Below are positions 53,557-64,000 of a stretch of DNA of 64,000 nt, piece after piece. Every line of letters begins with the position of its first letter. Position 1 is the first letter of the stretch. The notes beneath the pieces are model-generated. The model did no database searches, was not told the DNA's origin, and saw nothing but the letters and a program-made list of their open reading frames with translations. The stretch comes from Lepidodermella squamata (lineage: Eukaryota > Animalia > Gastrotricha): positions 124,001 through 188,000 of the forward strand of contig JBLDXI010000029.1 in NCBI GenBank assembly GCA_047495785.1, given 5' to 3'. The position numbers were made by a program, and so were the translations under genes.

Positions 53557-54523
53557 CTCGAAACGTTAGAATACGTGGTTATCGACGGCGAAGAGTGGAT
53601 ATTCCTTCGGCAAATCACTCGACAACTAGTTGGCAGTGCCGTGTTCGATGAAGTGAAGGCGCTGCCTAGTCGCAAATTAACAGACGAAGAAGTGTCTGAC
53701 GTAGCCGAATCGAATGGCGTACCTGCTAAGAAAATGAAAGTCATGTCTATTCTCGTCAGGAAACGAGATTTGAAGCAATTGATCGAATCTAAGCCTCAAC
53801 TGAAAATAATGGCCAGAGTTCCAACTTTGGACCACGGCCAGGTTTGTTTTATTGTTTCGAAATTCATGGGTGAATCTACTTTATTTTCCCTAGTTGAAAT
53901 CGCTTCATTACATCAGGCTCAATAATGAGTGCTATTTCCTGGAGTTCGAGGTCGTGAAATTGCTGTCTTTGGCAACTCGATTTGAATTGCGGCGGAAATT
54001 CAAACAGCTGAAACCGTTCAATTTGACGGCAGAAGAAGTGTCACAAATTACAGCGCATCAAACAGGACTGTATCCCCTGCTAGAAGCTCATAGGAGCGTT
54101 GTAAATACAAAAAACGTTGCTCATGTAGTAAATTCTCTATTTCCTGAAATTGCTTTGTCCCCAGAGCCACCGAAACGTTCGATTGAAGAGTTGAAAAATG
54201 GAGTGAGCAAGTTGAAAAAACTGTGGATTAAAAAATCGACCTGGTTCTTATCTATGCAAGTCATGCGGCTGTTTGACGAACCTTCGTTGGAAAATTTGTT
54301 TGAATCGATGCCGAATTTGGAGAAAATGACACTTGATCCTTCAGATGTTGATACGTTGGCGACGAGATACCATTGCAAAAAAGATTTAGGCTTGAGCAAC
54401 ATCGTGATTTCATGCAAATCGCTCGAGAGTGAATTAGATAAAATGACCCCATCTGCATATGCCACTGAGCCAGATGGCGATGTAAAAACTGAGCCGTGTT
54501 GTTGTGACTGCAATTCGCGATGA
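53557..54523 (+). CDS. Uncharacterised protein of three tandem ~85-95 aa repeats resembling the SMARCB1/PHF10 N-terminal winged-helix (KilA-N/APSES-like) fold; exons 53557-53841 and 53894-54523; start unresolved
   Basis: In-frame phase-0 GT-AG intron; repeats YVVIDGEEWIFLRQI, YIRLNNECYFLEFEV, KLWIKKSTWFLSMQV, each followed by an L[TD]xxE/DV helix; AATAAA at ~54568. Confidence 0.6.
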
Positions 54524-56651
54524 ACGGTCAAATAATATTATTTTCTCATCTCAACTTTTCAAACTGCAATAAAATCAGGAATGACAGCGAAGTTGTGACC
54601 GAAAATTGGTTTTGCAGAGGGTAGAAAAATTCTCACTCTTGAACCTTTGACCGTTGAGTTTTCTATCCACATTTTTGAGGAAAGTTGCGCGGCGGTTGGT
54701 TGAGAACTAGAGAATAACGTATTTTCTTTTACATTTGATCGTTTAGCTGTTATAAATTCTGTTAATTTTGTCGGTCCTTCCTGCGCATGGATGGTCCGAA
54801 AACTGTCAAGGCATCGGCAAAGTGTCAGCTATCAGTAAACAACCATCAATTCCAGGCTGTGACGTCAAGCTTAAACTCGCTGATTTTTCAGGTAATTTGG
54901 GGAATATAACCGAGGATATCCAAGGTAAAATTTTACTACCTCATAATACCGGATCTATTTGTGTTATTCATTTCACCTTCATAGCCGTAACTGAGAATAA
55001 TAGGGACAAAAACAAAGTATAATCAAAACAATACAATAAGTAGAGAAATACATTGAACAAAAATTGATCAATGAGTTAATTTAGCGGCATTTTTTCCACG
55101 ATAATACTGATAAACAGCCTGGCGACATTCCTCGGCCGATTGTTGTGCCTCCAGAGGAAATTGATTCCATAAATCGGGCCATAGGTAACTCAGACTCAAC
55201 GTACCGCGCAGAGAATCGAAGATCGATCCGAACATCGGTTCGAAGTGACGCATTTTTAACCGGCTCGGTTCATTCAGCTGGAACATGGCCTGCATCGCCT
55301 GCATCGGCTGTTGAGACATTTCCATACGAAAGCTGCCAAATGGATTGCATGCTTCTGATGCACGCTGACCCAAGCGAGGCGTTGTGGAAGAGGGTCTTAC
55401 ACATCCTGGTACCAAACATTCTCACTGCCTGGTGTTAGCTAGAGGTTAGCGATAGTTCTGAGCACCCAATGTGCGCCCGTGTGCTGGGCCTTTGCAAGAT
55501 TCCGCCATCTGCGGTGGTGAGAAATACAAGCCGTCCTCTTGCGCAGGTTGTAGCAGCCAGGCGACGAGTTGCTTTAGTAACCAATGCAGTACATTACCGA
55601 TCGGGAGTCAACATTCTTCTCGATCTCCGCGATCACGAGCGCCGAGTCAATACCACCTTCGACGTTAGATGAGAATTCGCAAATTTATAGGCGCGAAATG
55701 GCAGTAACGCTCGTACACACGTCTCGGCTACGTCTGTCCTCCTTCGACCAGGATGGGGTCGCACCAGGACCTGGAGCTGGTTGAGTTGTCGTCGGTTGAT
55801 CGTTCGTATAGGAACGTGTTGAGAAAAACGCTTGCACCTTATTCAGACAGGGGGCGGGGCTGTCGCGACTAACCGAGTTGTTGTCGAACAAAACCTGCTT
55901 CAAAGCAGACCTGAAAAAGTATCCGAATTATGGGAAATCGAAAAGAGAATCATGTCAAACCTTACCTGACGAGAACGGAAGTGAGGACAAAGGATGTAGC
56001 TGCTTGATTGCTGAGGATGCGATCGATGAGTGTGATTTTGGTCTCGAAATCTCCGCGTTTTTAATCACGAAAAACCTGCTGTTGCAAGAGGAATAATGGC
56101 TCAAAACGTCGATGACAGACTCCATCTGTTTAGAGTTCTGCTTTGAAATCCCCCAAAATCTCGGAGGGGTAATTTTATCATGCTGATCAGAATTGGTAAT
56201 TCAGAATTTCGATATCACACTCTGATCTCCAGATAGTAATTCGATTTATTACCGTAATTTGAGTAATTTTTTTCCAATTGCAAGATTTGACCAAAATTTA
56301 AACAAAATTGTATGAAATTAAATTAAAAAAATTCGTAATTGGAATTGGCTAACCTTTTATTTTTAAGCACGAGATTCAGATCCGCTCTTTCATTCATTCG
56401 TTCAAGGCACGCGTTTCATTTACGTTTCATTCGTTTTTTTTATAAATTACGCAAATTTCGGTTATTTTGGTTAACCGCCGGATTTGGCCATGGCGGCCTG
56501 GCGCTCCGCAGTTAAAACCGGCCCGGCGGTTAACCACGAGCCGCCGGTTAAATTTCGGCCCGCGGCATCTGCAAAGCAGAATTACAAGCCCTAAATAGTA
56601 TAACAGCATGATTGAGCAGATTGGCATAACATCTAAATTCATCACTCTATT

Positions 56652-56905
56652 TATTAAGGTCTGCGCACAAACTCGTATGAAAAAATGTGTATGTGATTTG
56701 TAATAAGTTTTTTGCCGGGGTCGTATGTGTTGGCGAAAAAAAATCGCATACAGACCCGTTCACAAACTGATTTCTTTTCTCCCTGTATGTGATTTTTTTT
56801 CTGGCCGAAGAGGCCGCTGAAAAAAATGACCATCTTCGATGGGGCTCGAACCCCGTCCGCCCGTTGAACAGGCCGGTCAATAGCAACTGCACTATGTTGC
56901 CATCA
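56652..56905 (-). mobile_element. tRNA-headed SINE-like element, copy 1
   Basis: On the minus strand: A-box-like TAGTGCAGTTG and B-box GGTTCGAGCCC, followed by a body shared with copy 2. Confidence 0.55.
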
Positions 56906-57074
56906 TATTTATGTGTCGCTATAAAAAGCCTAATTATTGGTTGCTAATATCTATAAAAGCTATCCGCGTTTTCTGGGTCAAGTGCGGGCATGAATCATTA
57001 ATCTTCGACTTGTTTGTTGACGTTTTCATCAATGAATTTTTTGCCTTAAAGCCTAATTTATAGGTCACACATTA

Positions 57075-57312
57075 AGCTTGACGGCTTAGCCATGTCGATA
57101 TAATTATCGATGTGTGCGAAGTCGTCAAGGGTTCGATTCGACGTGCCGCCATCCCTTTTTTCAGTGGCCTCTCCGGCCAGAAACAAATCACATACAAGGA
57201 AAAAAGAAATCAGTTTGTGAACGGGGGCTGTATGCTTTTTGCTGTATGTGTATGTGTTTACTCGCATACGCATGAGAAAAAAAAAGAAACGAGTTTGTGG
57301 GAAGGCCTTTAT
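57075..57312 (+). mobile_element. tRNA-headed SINE-like element, copy 2 (inverted relative to copy 1)
   Basis: B-box GGTTCGATTC at ~57130; 57155-57236 is the near reverse complement of 56746-56827. Confidence 0.55.
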
Positions 57313-58452
57313 CACAGGTTGTCTGCAATCAGCTGTTCAGCGCCGAGCTCATGGGCGACTGATGGCGTAATCACGACAGCCAAACGGCGCATGGTACTAT
57401 CGTCGTGGTCGTGCACCTGCAGACTCACTGGCCAAAGTGGACTGCGAAGTGGTTCGCTACTGTCCTCACAGACTGGAATGCGACACCATGCGGCTGCTGC
57501 GGTTCGTTCGAGTCGTTTCTCGTGAAACTCCCGTTCCTCCAACTTGTCAATAGCATTCATAAGAAGAAATTGAAACTAGACTTTGGAATTTGTGTGGTCA
57601 CTTTGCTGTGATAGCAATATGGCGATCTCCTTATATAAAAAATAAAATGAGAATTGTAATGTGTTTGCCATTCGTAAAACTCACAAAAAGCAGAATAGCG
57701 TCATTTTATTTTCACAAAGCCGCTGTTTGGAAGCTTTTATGCATCATGACGGAGATAGAAAAAACATAAATTGGTACCATTCGACGCAGCAAGAGATTTC
57801 GGCGCACAAATATTCTCACAGAATACAGATCGGGAGTGAGTAATGCTGGCGGAGGGCGCAGGTAGCTGCTGCGAACTGCTGAGGTTTGTCGATAATTTAG
57901 GTACCAATGATGAAGCTGAAGCTCAATAGCTTGAAATTGTTCTCACTAGTGTGATAAATTTGTTTAAAATGGATTAATCTGGCATCTGACTTTCGTCGAC
58001 CTCTGGATTCCACGGCATTGAGTTACTTCCGACGCTGATCCTTGGAATTTGGAATGTAAAGGTTGTAATAAGACAGAGCCTCCAAATTCTTTGCGATCTT
58101 TTATTTCACTTTCCAACGTATATCCACGAGAAGCGCCGTTTCGTCGATTGCTTCTCAAACAATCAACATGAGACACCTGTAGCTCTATTACCATAAGTTA
58201 TAAACAAGTAAGAAAACGGTAATCTGATGAATCCATTATCAATGGCAATATGCTAAGTTAATTTCATCGATGCAAAATAACATTTCGTTTTAACAGCGTT
58301 AGACACTCGAACCTGAGGTAAAACAATACAACTAATATCTTATGCATACAAAACTTATGGGGCTCGTTCACGCCAAATTCATATAATTATATTATCATTA
58401 TTTTTGATTAGAAAGCAAGGTTTCGGACTGCTTGATGTCGACAACGCAGATT

Positions 58453-61400
58453 CTATACAGCCCTCGCGCGTTTCTCGTCGTGCAGTGAAGACCGGCCAGT
58501 ATTGCTACTGCTGTAGTTGATGACTTTGCGCGGGTGATTGCGATACCTAACTCTAGCTTTGAATTCAGCAACTTCGCGTCGAAGAGCATCCAATTCAGCA
58601 CGCAGAGACGCAATTGCCTCAAGAGTTTCTTCATGGTCGCACTTCTCAAGCCGCTGCCGTTTCTTCGGCTTCTGAGTGGTGGTCGTATTCACGATCGGTG
58701 GCTCATTTTCGTCAAGTTCAACCGTAAGCGAGTCGTCGAGATTCGGGTCTAAACGTAAGCTTCGAACTGGTGGCAGTTTCTTATTCTCGGTATTAGTTCG
58801 TAAAAACACCGATTTGCCTTCGAATTGAGGAATATTGTGACTTGCGAAGCCGAGAGTTGGCGAAACAGGGTTCAAGCGTCGTTGATTGTCGAGAATAGAC
58901 TGGAGGAGCTCTCGTTGCGGCGCTCCAACACAATGCCCGTCAGCGTAGCAGCAATCGCGCCAATACGCCAGATTGACTCCAGCATCAAGTTGACTGCACT
59001 TGACGTAGTCGCCAGTCGAAGGCGGTAGGGCGAAAACGTCCTCCTGAACATGGGTGATGTTATCCGAGGTGTCGCAGATAACGCGGGCCAAGCTCGATTT
59101 GCGGAGCTGGAAGAGTTGCAATTCCGTGAAAACTCCAGGCTTTTCGTACCAGAATCGATCGGCGTCTCGCAGCCGGCGGAATTGTTCGACCAGAATGCAG
59201 ATGAGGGTGGGCCCAACTACGGCACCTTCAGCTGGGTCTTCAGATACCAAGCCAGGAAATAAATCAATGTTAGCTGGATGACCGTAGAGCTGCTGCAGTG
59301 TTCGCAGAACTTGGTCGTTTCCAATATCACCCCGTAAATCGGCCCAGTTTGAAGCATCGCCAAAGCCGCACATCTTGCGATACGCAGTGTATCCCTAAAA
59401 TGGAAATGCCGAAATTTCACGTGAATTGAAGTAATAACCCAGGCGCTTACCTGAATAGCATGATCACGGCCGCGTTGGATGTTCAAACTGGCCAAGTCGA
59501 GAGCCAAATCATGAGCCAGGGCGAATAGCCGCTCTGTGAGCTCACTGTTCAGCGCGCTTCCGGGTTCGAAGTGTTTTGCAGGATGGGCGAACAGCCCACG
59601 AACAATCGCATCAACGCCACCATCATCATCTAACATGCGATATGGCGCGAAGAAGGCCTCGTGCAGTGGCAGATGGCCAGATTTCAACGGCTGTAAATTC
59701 TCGTCATAACGCGCTAGGAACGGCATGATCAAGGTGTGACCGAAGCGGAACGCAGCTGTGGCGAATTCGTTGAAAATATCCGGCTGGAGAGAGTCGTTGT
59801 AGCCGCGGTATTCGCCTAATTGGCGCATGCCGATTGGTCCGATAATTTTTGGCAGCCAGTGGTTGTACGTTATGTGCTGCATTTCAGCCCCGACTATTTT
59901 ACGCGCTTCCTGAAAAATGCGCTCAGGCTGCCAGTCAGCATTGAGTTCGCGAAGCTCGGACGCAATACGGTTGTGTTCTCGCACCCACAGAGTATGCATA
60001 GCTAAGTAAAGTGAATATTAGTCATTTTCGATAGGCCTTGCTAAGCTTCCGTACCTAATAAGCCGAGCTGCTCGTTAGCACGATGATCTCCAGCTAGGAA
60101 ACACGGGACATGCGCTCTGGTCGCATCCATCTGGCAGTCCATTTCACCATGAGGTGCGAACGGAAGCAAATACTGCTCTCCAAAGCGCGATTTCGGTCCA
60201 ACTCGCAGCAAATAACCGGTGTTGTGACGGTCACGCAGGTCGTTGAGTAGCTCATTTGTCGAGCCATAGACAGCTGAGGCATCGAGCCACGCCGTAAGCT
60301 GGTTGAACTGTTCGCGGGGATAGACGTAGTTGACGAGGAGACTGGTGGAACCGGTGCCGCAAGTTGAAGCAGAACGTGTGACACCAATGCAGCGATGGCG
60401 GCGAATGCGAGCGTCATCAGATGCCACGGCGATCGGAAAACATGGCGCTTCATTTATACACGTCTCATTGCACCTCATTCCTATGTTAGATAGTTAGGCA
60501 AGTCATTAGAAAGTTCGATTGAGCTGACTTTTTACATCTTTTCATAAATTAGGGGAAAATTTCTACTAGCATGTTACCTGACTATTCAATTCTATTAAAT
60601 TCTCCCAAGCTTACCCGATCCAAAAGCGACATTCGCAGCCGTTTGAGGCGTGAAAGTCAAGTCGTGGTCAATGAACTGTCCCCATTGCATCAGCATGTGC
60701 GTAAATTTTGCATGGCGCTGCGGTTTGTGCGCGGTCAGCACTCGAGTTGATACCAATCTTGCGGATGGAAGTTTGTACCCATTGTAAAGCTTGTCCGGGT
60801 TCCATCCACGAGGCTCTCCGAGGCCGTTTTCGTAAACGGCGCCCAGTAATCGTGCGAATGGCATATGAGACGCACCCCAAGTCGGGACTCGCAAATTATT
60901 GCAGGTGCCATCAGCTGAACGGTACTTGGAGTGGAAACAAGCATCTGAACAAGCAATGGCATGAGGCTGCCGATGAGGCAAACATCCCGATAGGTTGGCG
61001 ATAAGCCTAAAAATAGTCCTTCATTAATCTCTCGAAAGAATCACTTGAAGCCTTACCTTAAATGGGATTCACTAAGCAGATGAGTCCCCACAATTGGCGA
61101 GGTTCCATCGCCGGTAGGAGCGTAATTGAATCCACCTGTTGCCAGTTGATCTTCAATCAAGGCCAAAGAACGTTCGTAAATCTCAGATGCCTCGCTCAGG
61201 GCAATGCCTTGTTCGTCAGGTTGACGAAGAATAGCCTGAATGTCCTGAGGAGTGCGTGGTCGAGAGGTGTCCGCAAAATGCTTCTGAGTTGTCTCGCGAG
61301 CCTTTTCAACTTCATGGCGAGCTTTGTTCACTGCATCTACAACATCACTGTCCTTCAGTCCACCTCGGCTTACCTCTGAAACAAAGAATGTACAACTTGG

Positions 61401-62866
61401 CTGGAAATTCTAGGGAGTAACTCACCTATTTCGAAACTGCGATCAGTGTTGGGAGGATTTACGTGGGCTAAAGGCCTCCGCTCAACGAAAGCAGGTTTAG
61501 AGGGCCGATTCGCAGAAGCCCGAACAGAAACTCTCATGGTTGCGGAAACTTCATCGACATCATTGAAAGCCGTGCAAGTGTAAACCCCAGCGTCTGAAGA
61601 TTTCATGTCCCTGATCTCAAGCCGGCCTGTATCCGCCCCGATAGACACCCTAGGATCCTCACTTAGAGGCGTCGCATTGCTTTCATCTCTCAGCCAGTTT
61701 ACCAAGGGCGGTGGAGAGCCAGCGGCACGGCATTCAGCGACCAAAGTTGACCCAACTTCAACTTCCAAGTTTTCCGGGGGTGTTTCAGTTAGTTCAGGAG
61801 CTCGGCCGCTTGATAACGATAACCTCCAACGATATTCACCGATGACTTCGTTCAGCCGATTTCGAATCGAACATTCATAGACGCCAGCATCACTCGGGGA
61901 TACGCTCAGGATTCTCAGTACTCCGAAATCGTCAGAAAGTCGCCATGTTGATGGCAAAGATGACACTACGTCACCATCCTTCGCCCATTCTACCGAAGAG
62001 ACACCCTGGGCATCTCGCTCTGCCGCGCTGGTTGGGGCCCTGGCACAGTCAAACTCAGCCGCGCCGCCCTCCCCAGCCCAAACTTCGTCTGGAGGCCGGG
62101 GCACAATGAGAAGGGTTGAAGTTGCCGCAATGACTTGGCCACTCGTCGATGCGGCGACGCAAGTGTAATCACCCGCGTCCTGCGGTCTGACATTAGTGAT
62201 TGCGAGGACCCTGCCTGAGTCTAACAATTGGATTCGATCATTCGCTTCAACGGGTTGGTTGAACCGTGACCAGGTCTCCAGGATTTGAGTGATATCGGGT
62301 TGGCTGCCCTCGGATAGCTGAGCCTCGCAGACTAGCTCTACACTTGAACCGAGGTGGGCAGTTAGAGTTGGTGGTGGTTTTCTCGCAAAATGTAACGAAT
62401 TCCCTAGCAGCTCATCCGCCAACACCTTCAGGCGGGTTCCGTTGAGAAATCGACCATTAGGAAGGGGTCGGGTCAGACCACCCTGTCGGCCTGCTGTAGT
62501 CGGGGCTGTCGTGCCTTGGCTGCCCGCAGCGGCGAGTTTCACCAGCAAGCAGCGGTAAGAACCCGAATCAGCCGCCTGAGCGTGTCTAATCAGCAGAGTT
62601 CCGTTCGCGAACACCCTGTAATGAACGCCATCAGGTCGGATGAGCCTCGAATCTTTCGTCCAGATCAAGCGCGATCGGGAGGTGTTAGTCGGAGCCGCCA
62701 GCCGGCAGTCCATCCGAACCGGCTTGCCGAGGGCCTGCGTCATCGGGTGCATCACCTGGTGCTGAGATTCGTGAAGAGGCAATGGCTTTCGAGCCATCGA
62801 AGGTTCGCCGACCTCGGCCGCTACCATTAAGAACGGCACGGCCAAGGCGGACACAAGCCAATTCAT
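58453..62866 (-). CDS. PXDN: Peroxidasin-like heme peroxidase (signal peptide, 4 Ig domains, peroxidase domain, coiled coil); exons 62866-61426, 61375-61057, 61006-60615, 60480-60055, 60001-59451, 59394-58453
   Basis: Four Ig Cys pairs (YRC, YTC, YEC, YTC); LIANLSGC; [10 protein letters not shown]; QWGQFIDHD; [12 protein letters not shown]; REHNR; AFRFGH; LNIQRGRDH; DRFWYE. Confidence 0.92.
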
Positions 62867-64000
62867 GTCGAGCTATATAAGGATAAATTACGCGTTCCGA
62901 AAACGCGTTGTCCTAAAATACATAATTAGTGAATTGGTATAGAGCCTTGAGAGATTTTCGGCTTGGGAACTAAAAGGAGAGAAATGAGAAAAGCCTCAGT
63001 TAAATCTCGCCTATAAGGAGACGAATGCAGAAGTTTGTGCAAAGAAGTGAAAAGGAATCTGGCCCCGTTGGAAACGCATGCGTTTCGATAAGTAAGCAGC
63101 ATCCTTGCTACAACGAGATGAAAACTCGAAATGTGAATGACATTCTTGGGTCTAAAGGTGAGATTGAGAAATAAACTGAGCGTCGAAGTTTCAAAAATTG
63201 CAAATACAATGAAAGATTGAATTTTTCGTGAAAAACATGGGAGTAACAAACAGCAAACAGAATTGTTTGATTTGTTGAGGGTTGAACTAGTAAAAAACAA
63301 GGTAAAAATGCACAACTTGGGTTAAAAACCACGGGCCAGAGTGTTTGTTTCTGTATTTTACGCTGCGCAGATGTGTGTGTTATTATTTACGTGTTCGAAA
63401 GTGGCGCAGTAATAGTCGATGATCGCAGCCGGACGGCGAAACGGGCCGCGCGGCAGCAAACACAGGCGGGGAGGTCAATTAGCGTCTAATGACCGCAGAT
63501 GCGCGCGCGCCTATTTTTCGGGAAAAAATGATACATGTCATTAGGGTGTTTGCGGCTGCGGGCGGGGCAACAAATCGGCGGTGCCGGTAATTTGCTGCCG
63601 GCTCGGCCGCGCGCATACTCGTAATGATAACATAACTGCGGCGGTCAACTGTTGCGGCAGCGCAAACAGTCGGCACCACTGCACGCGTTTTTTCGCATAG
63701 GCAACAATAACACGGCGCGTGTTTATTTACGCGGCGATATAATGCCATTAACGGCACTTGCCCACAACAAGTCATCATCGCAGCCGCGCTACAGCCCTAA
63801 CCCGCCACTCTATACAAGCTATTACCGGCTATTTTTGCTATATAGTGGTACCTGGGCATAAGGGCGGCTTACTGCAATCCGACACTAATCGCGGGGCTGG
63901 GTCAAAAAACAAGAAAATCTCCTGCCACGACTACGCAGCAGAAAAGAAGCTCTTCGTAACCTTGCGAAGCTACACGTTATTGCAAAGGGCGGGCACAGGA

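Noticed and set aside
56375-56572. GC-rich short inverted repeats (TTAACCGCCGG/CCGGCGGTTAA), a possible MITE
   Set aside because: Termini and target-site duplication cannot be defined from one copy.
56830-57155. Functional tRNA genes at the two B-box motifs
   Set aside because: I could not fold a convincing cloverleaf; treated as SINE-like heads.
57312-57560. 82-aa minus-strand ORF with protein-like composition, ending at the SINE-like boundary
   Set aside because: No recognisable family or splice partners; it may be another gene fragment but cannot be supported.

Overview
Eukaryotic (animal) genomic DNA with GT-AG introns, many only 40-70 nt, AT-rich introns and often very GC3/CpG-rich exons. 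An FxRIamide-type neuropeptide points to a spiralian invertebrate, possibly a flatworm; the species cannot be determined. In order: the 3' part of a large multi-exon gene for an Asp-rich DxDxDGxxD-repeat protein, including a recent 7-copy tandem array of an exon pair; an orphan, frameshifted LRRC34 fragment; a GFMRVamide neuropeptide precursor; a receptor-type PTP with both domains apparently dead; a Ly6/three-finger protein; PEX14; ATG4C/D, whose long intron hides an antisense GTSF1-like tandem CHHC zinc-finger gene (absent from the ORF track) and a LINE relic; PPM1G; CWH43/PGAP2IP; intronless ITPK1; STRIP/FAM40; a decayed pogo-like transposase; a protein of three tandem winged-helix-like repeats; a fold-back pair of tRNA-headed SINE-like elements; and a peroxidasin lacking LRR and vWC domains. 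The best candidates for new biology are the polyacidic repeat protein, the nested GTSF1-like gene, the double-dead RPTP and the tandem winged-helix-like protein. All family calls come from motif recognition by eye; no searches were run.
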